A DNA stretch of 64,000 nt from a virus. Where the stretch lies: IMG/VR virus record IMGVR_UViG_3300020530_000006. One strand, given 5' to 3'. The translations under genes were made by a program, and so were the position numbers. A model generated the notes under the pieces. The model was not told the DNA's origin and did not search any database. It worked only from the letters and a program-made list of their open reading frames with translations. Positions 56,094-64,000 of this stretch are shown here, piece by piece. How positions within the stretch are numbered: the first letter of the stretch is position 1; each line of letters begins with the position of its first letter.

Positions 56094-59000
56094 TTATGGT
56101 GGTGGCGTTTCTTCTGGAGAAGCGCATTCAGTAAGTTCATAAATAGTCAAGCATCCATTACTGTCTAAGCCAAGCACTCCAGCACCACCTGATCCTAATC
56201 CAGCTAAACATTCTTTAAGACCACAAACGTCCGGACATTCTGTTGGTGGAGTAGTTTCTGTAGTCGTTTCTGTAGTCGTTTCTGTAGTAGTAGTTGTGGT
56301 AGTTGTGGTAGTAGTTGGCGTTGTTTCAGTTGTTGTGGTTGTTGTTGTCGTAGTAGTAGAGCACAAACACTCATATGGTTCTTGATTAACAGCCGAGCTT
56401 TCTAAAACAATATATTTGCCATCATTAAAAGCTGCGTATACAACAGTTCCTTTACATAAATTTCTTCCTAGAAAATCTGATATTAAGATTGTAGAGGCAG
56501 TAATATCAGTCATTAAATTTTCGCCATTAGGACCATATATTCCATAATTTTCATAAAATGGACCGTCGTTACTATGAGGATTTAAAAGAATAGCGTCGGT
56601 AGAGCCATATGGTGACAAATCAGATAATAATTGAGCAACGATAATTCTGTCTGATGGTGGGCATACCCAAACACCACGATCTCGATCCCATCTTAAATCT
56701 ATTGGACCAGCTGGCCATGTTTTGGGATTCTCTAACCAGTTGGTCATAAAGTTATTTTTGGTACCTTCTGACTTAAATGTTCCAGCCTCGGCCATTGCTG
56801 GCGAATCTATAATATTTGGAATTGGTTTATTCTCAGTATCATATCCCCAAGATTGTAATACTAATGGACCACGCAAAGCAGCAAACCCATAATCTTCTTC
56901 ATTTTGTTTTTTAGTCTTGTCTTCTAATTCAGAAACTTTATCTCCAAATGCCACATATTGAATATTAAATCCTTCTGCTGAAACTCCCCTACCTCCCCAA
57001 TCTTGCAGTAATTTCTTAGATAAAATAGGATTTAAAAATTTTTGATTAATAGGTATTCTTTCCGGATTTCCATTTTTGAAAATGGGAGGCATCGGTGGTC
57101 TACTTTTAGTCAATCTATTTTCAGATTCTTTTGTTCTATCTATTGCTGGAGTCATTGAACCTTTATACTCATTAGCAGAATCTAGATTATATTTCGAAAA
57201 TCTGGCCAATCCACCACGAGTTCCACCAAGAGAAATAGGAGTTAAAAGACCATCCATAGACATAATAGCGATATTTTTAAAACCCGCGCCATTTACAGCA
57301 TCCTCTATTTCATGTTTAGCATTTAATCCTATCTCATATAATTTCGATCTACTTGCGCTACCTGATGATGGACTTGATGTAGAAGGAGTTCCCTGTGTAA
57401 CTTCACATTTGTCTTTAGCTTTTTTTTCTGTGGCCCAGCCGGTTCTGCTTCCATATCCACCACTAGTATTTGTATTAGTGTCTTTATCATAAAATCCACC
57501 CATGAGTAAAAATCCAGGACTAGCGGCATGTTGCATACCTTGCTGTGGCAAATTTAGTTTATCTAATACTTTAGAAACCGCGGATAAAGCACCATATATA
57601 CCGCTAATCATCTTTCTTCTTTGGTCTTTAATTTTATCAAGAACCTGACTTCTTACAGTATTATTTTCTCTTACCAAAGAAGCTATTGCTTGTCCATAAT
57701 CTGCGTATTTTTTAGAAAAGGTTTTAAATGAATAGCTTGTTGTCACACCTCCACTACCATTATAGTTTACATTAATATTATCTACAAAAATTCCAGCTTG
57801 TAAAAAGTATTGAACATTATATCCTGGAGGTTCTGCAAGAGTGAATGATCCATTTTCCGAGATATTAGATGTTCTAATTCCTTGAGACGCCAGGGCATTG
57901 CCCACAGTATATAGTCCTGACCAGCCGCCATAATTCCATGGATTAAGATCAGTAGCAACACTAACTTTTGTTGAGCCAATTGCTCCTCCACCACCAACAA
58001 ATGGACCATAAACATAAACATTGCTTTTCATTGGAACTACTGCATTTTCTATCGCTCCAGCAGCAAAATTCATTTCAAAAATATTAAATGATGTTACATC
58101 AGAGAATCCCTTGTCTCTCTTTATTAATTCATCATATTTATCTGTTCCAAAAAGAACAGCAAAAGCACGAAGTCCTTTATTTAATAAATAATTTTTTTCT
58201 TCTCCAAAATAAGGCAAGCATGCTACAGCACTTTCTGTTTGTATTAAAATTTCTGGAAAAGAAGTATTGGCATTGGTAAAAATAGGATTACCAGCAGCAC
58301 TACATTTTAAATAAATTCTATCATTTTTTATAATATATGATGTAGAAGTCATTTCTCTTGGAGCTATTCTGAATTGAGTTTCTTTTCCTGCTATAGTTTT
58401 TTTGCTACCTCCAAGACTAGAAAAATCAACAAATCCAGAAATTCTATTATCTGGCGTTTCAAATAAAACAGTATCTTGACCAACCACAAGACCTCTAATT
58501 CCTCCACTAAGTTGACCTTCGCTGGGATATCCTCCATCAGAAGGCACATCAGATAAATAATATTGGCCAGTATCACTATAAACAATGCTAGCATTACTTC
58601 GTGGATATCTACAAAAATTATTCACAGGTATTATATATTTTTTAGCATAATATTCATCAATAAAAGATCTAAACCACTGATATGCCTGATCATATAAAGC
58701 ATATTTTGCTGCTGAATTAGCTTTTGATGGAATCTTAGATAAACTATTCATTGCTTGTTTCCAATCTATAGTTTTGGAATCACGCTTGAATAGTACGTTA
58801 TAAGCATCTATTACACTTTGACCAATACTATCGTTTAAACCAAGAGCCTTAATAATAGCTCCAGATAAGCCTTTTTTATTCATTGTTAAACCATACATTA
58901 ACCACATCTGTTGTGATCCAGAACATATGATTTCTTCTTCAGAAACATAATAATCATCAACACCCAAGTTTATTCCTATAGATTTTAGACTTCTAACATC

Positions 59001-60014
59001 CAAAACAAATGTAAAATTACTGTTATATATCCTTTGTGGATTGCCTTTGGAGTCATATCCCATAAACATAGCTATTGGTCTTCTAGAAGCTGACACGTCT
59101 GCTAGGTATTGTACTTTATCTCCTATTATAACTTTATTACTAGGTTCGTATATTTCTTGAGATCCTTCTTCACTACTAATGAGCGTACCTGTTCCTTTAG
59201 CTGTACCTATTATATTTTGTATAACTCCTAAGCTTGGCTCTATAGATCTATCTATCAGCCAAACAACTATTGCCGAACCAACAAGCTCTACAAAATAATC
59301 ACAAGCTACATCTTGACAGGCTTTATCTATTAGTCCAGACAAAGACTCGCTTTCACCGCTTAGTCTTGACCAAAAAGCTTTGCCTCTCACTGTCGATGCT
59401 AGGAGACTCATTTCTATTCTTAATGGATCTCCTGCGGTTGTATATACTGTTTGTCCTCCTAATGCTTCTAAAACCTTATATGTTTGTACTCCATTCTCTG
59501 GACTATATCCCGATAATGCTGAATTACCGAAAGCATTGCAAGATCCAACCCTAGGCCAATTTTCAGAATCCTCTCCTGGCGGACAAACAGCAACTCCTGG
59601 TTCTAAATTATCAAAAACATTTATAAAATTAGCTATTCCATTGATAGGACAGTAATAGTCTTTATACATAACAGTAACATTTTCAAGAATTCTTTTTGGA
59701 TCAATAATTTTTATTTTAAAAATAAATCCTGAAGCTGTAATAGAGTATGTTGATTCATTAACAATGCCTCCAAAAACAAGAGCATTGCATTGAAATCTAA
59801 CAGCTTTACCTACTGGTGGTAGAATTGTTGGAATAGTAGATACATTATTGCATCCACCGAATAAAAAAGATAATTCTAATGTGGAAGATCCTGATCCAAC
59901 ACCTAAATTAAGAGAAAAGTCTTGTAATGTAACAGAGCCGCTTATGGCTGCTCCGCCACCATTTACATAAGTAAAACTAAAAGAGGCTGGTGCGGAAGTA
60001 CATAGTGTTGACAT
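56094..60014 (-). CDS. large putative virion tail-tip/baseplate protein with C-terminal Thr-rich tract
   Basis: 1306 aa, G/S-rich; hub-like N-terminus (FGGIV..., KIIDPK.IL); ALRGPLVLQSWGYD...WPAGPIDLRWD; poly-Thr linker then Cys-rich tip. Confidence 0.75.
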   Translation of the reverse strand: MSTLCTSAPASFSFTYVNGGGAAISGSVTLQDFSLNLGVGSGSSTLELSFLFGGCNNVSTIPTILPPVGKAVRFQCNALVFGGIVNESTYSITASGFIFKIKIIDPKRILENVTVMYKDYYCPINGIANFINVFDNLEPGVAVCPPGEDSENWPRVGSCNAFGNSALSGYSPENGVQTYKVLEALGGQTVYTTAGDPLRIEMSLLASTVRGKAFWSRLSGESESLSGLIDKACQDVACDYFVELVGSAIVVWLIDRSIEPSLGVIQNIIGTAKGTGTLISSEEGSQEIYEPSNKVIIGDKVQYLADVSASRRPIAMFMGYDSKGNPQRIYNSNFTFVLDVRSLKSIGINLGVDDYYVSEEEIICSGSQQMWLMYGLTMNKKGLSGAIIKALGLNDSIGQSVIDAYNVLFKRDSKTIDWKQAMNSLSKIPSKANSAAKYALYDQAYQWFRSFIDEYYAKKYIIPVNNFCRYPRSNASIVYSDTGQYYLSDVPSDGGYPSEGQLSGGIRGLVVGQDTVLFETPDNRISGFVDFSSLGGSKKTIAGKETQFRIAPREMTSTSYIIKNDRIYLKCSAAGNPIFTNANTSFPEILIQTESAVACLPYFGEEKNYLLNKGLRAFAVLFGTDKYDELIKRDKGFSDVTSFNIFEMNFAAGAIENAVVPMKSNVYVYGPFVGGGGAIGSTKVSVATDLNPWNYGGWSGLYTVGNALASQGIRTSNISENGSFTLAEPPGYNVQYFLQAGIFVDNINVNYNGSGGVTTSYSFKTFSKKYADYGQAIASLVRENNTVRSQVLDKIKDQRRKMISGIYGALSAVSKVLDKLNLPQQGMQHAASPGFLLMGGFYDKDTNTNTSGGYGSRTGWATEKKAKDKCEVTQGTPSTSSPSSGSASRSKLYEIGLNAKHEIEDAVNGAGFKNIAIMSMDGLLTPISLGGTRGGLARFSKYNLDSANEYKGSMTPAIDRTKESENRLTKSRPPMPPIFKNGNPERIPINQKFLNPILSKKLLQDWGGRGVSAEGFNIQYVAFGDKVSELEDKTKKQNEEDYGFAALRGPLVLQSWGYDTENKPIPNIIDSPAMAEAGTFKSEGTKNNFMTNWLENPKTWPAGPIDLRWDRDRGVWVCPPSDRIIVAQLLSDLSPYGSTDAILLNPHSNDGPFYENYGIYGPNGENLMTDITASTILISDFLGRNLCKGTVVYAAFNDGKYIVLESSAVNQEPYECLCSTTTTTTTTTTETTPTTTTTTTTTTTETTTETTTETTPPTECPDVCGLKECLAGLGSGGAGVLGLDSNGCLTIYELTECASPEETPPP
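56245..56360 (-). repeat. Thr-rich low-complexity coding tract with 12-bp repeats
   Basis: GTTTCTGTAGT(C/A) x3 at 56254-56289; encodes STTTTTTTTTETTPTTTTTTTTTTETTTETTTETTPP. Confidence 0.9.
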
Positions 60015-60016
60015 TA

Positions 60017-62365
60017 TTATTTCCTTATAAATATCTTTTCATTATATGATACAAAGTCCAGGAAAACCTCCTCACCAGAATTGTTTTCTATAGTAACTTT
60101 CGTCTCATTCTGATATAGTCCTAAAGAATTAAGATTATCTTGATCTCCTATAATTGTATATACACCCGGAATCAAGTTTGCAAACTTTGTTGACACACTA
60201 AAGGATTTTTTATAATTTTTTGGCCCATATATATAACATTTTATATTTTTACTTAAATTTATACTTATACTAGACGTATTAGTAGTATCTGATGTTTGAT
60301 CAACGACAACAAATGTTTGATCTAAAATACTTGTGGATAGAACCACCGGTTCTGATTCAATCAAGGGACTAGAAGGTAATTTTGTTTCTTCAATTATAAT
60401 AGGATCATAACCCAGGTAAACAAAAATATCTCCATATAAAAATTTATCTAATACTTGTGAATTATAGGACTGGATAGTTCTTTTAGCAGTAAGGAAGTGA
60501 TCGTCGTAGGAAATTTGATTTGAGTTGTATCTTATATTTCTGGGAATATTATTATATAAGTCTTTGATTCTAATTATATAGAATCCATTTTGAATATTTT
60601 GTACAGATGTGACATTTTTTATAATCTGTTGTCCTTTATATAAGGAGAACAATGATTCCGACCCTTGATCTATGTAGAAATAGTCTATATTGTATATATT
60701 TTCTGTTATTGTATTGTCTGGATTTTCGAATGCGTTATTACCAATAATATTAAAATTAATAAGACTCGTATATTCAACATTCTCTTTGTTATATAAAGAA
60801 ATATTATTTATGTTATTAAAATTATTGATTGTTTTTAAAATATTTTTAATATTAATAATGTATAAATATTCATCTTTAGATATAGCGCAGTATGTTGCGT
60901 TAACGTTGACATTTTCATTCAGAATATTGAACTGTTCTAGAAAATTAATAACTGTAACGGCACCAATTTCGTAGGTGTTTATTTGAGTAATTTTTTTAAT
61001 ATTCTCAAGATAATATTCTGTATTGTCTAAGTCTATATCTCCAATTATTATATTTATATTTCCACCATTATAAAATTCTGGATATTCTAAACCATTAAGA
61101 ATAAAACTACCTCTAACTAAACTAATATTTTCTGGATCTAGATTACCATGTTTGTCTAGTCCAAGAGTAACGTCGAAAGATTGATCTTTATCAACAAATT
61201 TAATTTCAGAATTCATAAATTCAGGATTATTATTTAGATTGATTGAAGGAGCTATATAGAAATAGTAAAACCAATTATCTGAATTATTGTCTAGTCTTAA
61301 AATTTCTATTTTTTCATCTCCAATACAATATTTATTTAGCAAGTTTTTAACTATGGAATATTCATAAATTTGTCCATCGATAGATAAATTAATACTATCC
61401 TTAGTTTTTTTGTCTTTGATTTTTTGCCAAACCTCAGAATTAGAAACGATTAATTTGTATGGAACTAGAATAGTATTAAAAATAGGTATTGGTTCTCTAT
61501 ATATATAAATTTGATTATCTTCATTGTTTGCTTCTATCTGAAGATTAACAGATATCTCGTTGATATTTGGTAAAACAATACTAGTTTGAGTGGAACATCC
61601 ATAATCATTGCTAACCGTTAGGTCGTATGTTCCTGGAGTTAATAAATCATTAAATATATATACATAATTATTTTCGTTTATATTATCTAAATATTTAGTT
61701 TCTAATGGATGAACATATATCTTTTCTTCTGTAGTAGTATTGGAAAAAATAAAAGAAAATGGACCATATCCATTAACATTACACTCTAGATAAACATAAC
61801 TATCTAATAATTTAGGAGGTAATGTTCTAGTAACAGAAAACACAATTCTACTATCTTTAATTTCAATTGTTCGTGGCCAACGATAAGAACATCCAGCGCT
61901 ATCAGATAATAATACTGTATATTCTCCATGAACTATATCGTTAAATCTTATATTATTTGTTTCTGTTGTTGTAGATTGAGAATCAATTGAGCAAAAATAG
62001 GGTGGGGTTCCACCACTTATTTCAAGATATATATAGCCATTATTATTTTCACACGCATATTCTGAATATTTTAATTCTGTTATGGATAACTCTGGAGGAG
62101 ATGTTATAGTTACAGAGTATACGTCTCCTTCAGCATCTGATGATGTGCTTACAACTTTGAATGTGTATGTGCCGTTAGATAAATTTGTTGCTATAAATCC
62201 ATCATTAGATATAAAAGAGCTTTCAGAAAAATTGCCACCCCATTGTATGACATAGTTTTCATAAGCGCTTGTTTCGGACTCATCGAATTCTATATTTTCA
62301 ATAAATATACTAGCAATATTATTATCAAAACAAGTATTGTTGATTGTCGAATATATTATTTCCAT
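60017..62365 (-). CDS. putative virion protein with SprB/Ig-like beta-sandwich repeats
   Basis: Repeated NLSNGTYTFKV, GGTPPY..GEYTVLLSDSAGC, LTPGTYDLTVSNDYGC, NLIPGVYTI. Confidence 0.75.
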   Translation of the reverse strand: MEIIYSTINNTCFDNNIASIFIENIEFDESETSAYENYVIQWGGNFSESSFISNDGFIATNLSNGTYTFKVVSTSSDAEGDVYSVTITSPPELSITELKYSEYACENNNGYIYLEISGGTPPYFCSIDSQSTTTETNNIRFNDIVHGEYTVLLSDSAGCSYRWPRTIEIKDSRIVFSVTRTLPPKLLDSYVYLECNVNGYGPFSFIFSNTTTEEKIYVHPLETKYLDNINENNYVYIFNDLLTPGTYDLTVSNDYGCSTQTSIVLPNINEISVNLQIEANNEDNQIYIYREPIPIFNTILVPYKLIVSNSEVWQKIKDKKTKDSINLSIDGQIYEYSIVKNLLNKYCIGDEKIEILRLDNNSDNWFYYFYIAPSINLNNNPEFMNSEIKFVDKDQSFDVTLGLDKHGNLDPENISLVRGSFILNGLEYPEFYNGGNINIIIGDIDLDNTEYYLENIKKITQINTYEIGAVTVINFLEQFNILNENVNVNATYCAISKDEYLYIINIKNILKTINNFNNINNISLYNKENVEYTSLINFNIIGNNAFENPDNTITENIYNIDYFYIDQGSESLFSLYKGQQIIKNVTSVQNIQNGFYIIRIKDLYNNIPRNIRYNSNQISYDDHFLTAKRTIQSYNSQVLDKFLYGDIFVYLGYDPIIIEETKLPSSPLIESEPVVLSTSILDQTFVVVDQTSDTTNTSSISINLSKNIKCYIYGPKNYKKSFSVSTKFANLIPGVYTIIGDQDNLNSLGLYQNETKVTIENNSGEEVFLDFVSYNEKIFIRK

Positions 62366-62368
62366 ACA

Positions 62369-63856
62369 TTATCCACATTTAATAAAGGTTTTATTCCTAC
62401 TATATGAATATGTAGAAATAGTTTTATTTTCTTCTTTAACTAACCATCCATTATATTTACTGGAAGAAAGTGTAAATTGCCTATCAACACAATTTATAAT
62501 TTCTGCAATTTTTGATTGATCACATCCTTGTAATGTTCCTCTAACCGTAACAGTAGCTTCTTGAGGTTTGTCTCCAATATAATGTATTATAGATCGTAAA
62601 TTATTTGGCACAATAAATTCTTGATGTCTAACAGATGGCAATTTTTCATCTATCGTTGTTTCTATTGCTGCTACTCCTAATGTTTTACACGTTGGTATAT
62701 CCGCATATTCTGCGTTAAATGTAATTTCTCCAGCAACAACAGATGTTGATATACTGCTAGATATTCTTTGATAACAAACTTCTTCTGTGTCATCTTCTTC
62801 GCAAGTTGAGTTTGGAGTTGGTCTTGGTTTGTTTCGCTCTCCTGTTGGATTTGGCGATAATTCAGGCCAATTACCATTGATAATTTTTGGTAATATTTTA
62901 CCCAAAGCAACATTAGCATTAGCTAATCTTTCTCCGGGTCCAATTTTATTGCCTAAAAAATTCAGAGTTGCCGGAGATAATCCTTTGATCGTTCCGCTAA
63001 TTGTTCTAGTTTTTTTAGGCGTTTCTGATTCTAAAGACACTTTATCATCTGTATTAAGATCCACCCATGCGCTTGGAGCACAGCTCCCAGAGGACATATA
63101 TAGATCAAATTTCCAAATAGCGGCCCCAGAATCATTTATTTCGAAAGTTTTTGTATCTATCCATTTTTGCCAACCAGAATAATTAGCTAGCGGATTTGTT
63201 GCTGCTTCTGGGCCACTAAATATAAAACTCATTAAATTAGCGGCTCTTTCTTCTATAAGAGCAATAGCCTGCTTCATGCCATCATATTCGGGAACACCAC
63301 AGATATTTCTACCATAGCATGTAACGTTGATTTCTCCTTGTGCTTTAACATATGATTTTGATAAACCCAATTCGGAATCTACTAGTCCCAAGTTATCAGA
63401 ATTTCCTTCAAAAGATAATTTTTCAAAATATGCTTTGATAAATCTTGCGTTTTTTTCACTTAAATTATTTCGAGTTAAAAATTCAGGATCTGGATTAACA
63501 GCCGGACCATCGCCTAATGCTTCTATCGCTATAACAATAGAATAAGTTGCTACGAATGGCTGGTCAGATTGGGATAATTCTACAGATCGTACTCGGCCAG
63601 CTCCTGATAAAAAGTCACTAGTTCCTTGACAGCCTATTGTTACCATTACGCAGTCCTGGGTGGATTGTAGGGCTCCGATGTCATTCATCTGTGTTACAAT
63701 ATCTTCTCCAACAATAGTGCCGTCTAAATTTACAATTAATAATCCTCCTATAATATATTGTCCACTTTTATTGTATTCGTATGATGTACTTACGAACGGA
63801 GCTGGCTTTAAATTTGTATTTCCTATTTTAACCGAACTGGGGGTGATTGTTGCCAT
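62369..63856 (-). CDS. putative virion/tail protein
   Basis: Likely ATG at 63856 (TAATG overlap); PAPFVSTSYE..LDGTIV and TISGTIKGL beta-rich tail-like pattern. Confidence 0.7.
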   Translation of the reverse strand: MATITPSSVKIGNTNLKPAPFVSTSYEYNKSGQYIIGGLLIVNLDGTIVGEDIVTQMNDIGALQSTQDCVMVTIGCQGTSDFLSGAGRVRSVELSQSDQPFVATYSIVIAIEALGDGPAVNPDPEFLTRNNLSEKNARFIKAYFEKLSFEGNSDNLGLVDSELGLSKSYVKAQGEINVTCYGRNICGVPEYDGMKQAIALIEERAANLMSFIFSGPEAATNPLANYSGWQKWIDTKTFEINDSGAAIWKFDLYMSSGSCAPSAWVDLNTDDKVSLESETPKKTRTISGTIKGLSPATLNFLGNKIGPGERLANANVALGKILPKIINGNWPELSPNPTGERNKPRPTPNSTCEEDDTEEVCYQRISSSISTSVVAGEITFNAEYADIPTCKTLGVAAIETTIDEKLPSVRHQEFIVPNNLRSIIHYIGDKPQEATVTVRGTLQGCDQSKIAEIINCVDRQFTLSSSKYNGWLVKEENKTISTYSYSRNKTFIKCG

Positions 63857-63999
63857 TATAAGCACTCTATAAAGTTTTGTCGAATAGTATAGCTATTTCT
63901 AGTTTCTGTGGTGGTATTTTCTATTAGTAGTGCTTTTGCTGGAACATATTGGTTTATTGCTATTGCTAGTCCATCGTTTGTTGTGCATTTTGTTTTATT
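63856..63999 (-). CDS. 3' end of a protein truncated by the window edge, possible paralog of the 62369-63856 product
   Basis: ...NQYVPAKALLIENTTTETRNSYTIRQNFIECL* resembles ...WLVKEENKTISTYSYSRNKTFIKCG. Confidence 0.6.
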   Translation of the reverse strand, partial: NKTKCTTNDGLAIAINQYVPAKALLIENTTTETRNSYTIRQNFIECL

Positions 64000-64000
64000 G

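Noticed and set aside
56245-56360. Possible CRISPR array or DGR repeat
   Set aside because: Simple in-frame Thr codon repeats with no spacers; no reverse transcriptase or TR/VR pair seen in the window
57076-63872. Plus-strand ORFs inside the tail genes (57076-57492, 59380-59655, 62787-63182 and others)
   Set aside because: Antisense to long minus-strand CDSs with no independent evidence
1-64000. Stop-codon reassignment
   Set aside because: Conserved genes are full length in code 11 and TAA, TAG and TGA all end genes at coupled junctions

Overview
AT-rich (roughly 28-30% GC by eye), densely coding segment of a large tailed-phage genome read in standard code 11. No rRNA, tRNA or CRISPR array was seen. 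From 1 to about 55.7 kb nearly all genes are on the + strand: (i) a Zn-ribbon/RuvA-C-terminal-like protein, RuvB, a membrane-anchored small protein and an actin-fold ATPase; (ii) a trypsin-like protease with a Tat-like signal; (iii) a ~12 kb glycan cluster (GT25 x2, GT47, GT34-like, GT10, GT4, GT2, methyltransferases) with an embedded heptose pathway (GmhA, TalC, HddA, HAD-phosphatase/nucleotidyltransferase fusion, epimerase); (iv) GuaC, a sigma-70-family factor, ClpP, a degenerate DeoC and a GT60; (v) a membrane-protein/holin-like/papain-peptidase block; (vi) dCMP deaminase, class II RNR, PhoH and HNH; (vii) a replisome block (RecA, DnaB, DnaG-like primase, dNMP kinase, Cas4/AddB-like nuclease, a DnaE split into two genes without an intein around a DEDDh exonuclease, SSB); (viii) more GT4s and eroded glyco-enzymes; (ix) a ~575 bp high-GC cassette fused in frame into two Cys-rich genes. 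From 56.1 kb to the end, large putative virion/tail genes run on the - strand, one ending in a mucin-like Thr tract. The most striking candidates for undescribed systems are the RuvB + Zn-finger adaptor + membrane anchor + volactin-like actin operon, the intein-less split DnaE, the hybrid heptose/virion-glycosylation apparatus and the high-GC cassette swap. All family calls come from motif recognition only; no searches were run, and the host is not determinable from this window.
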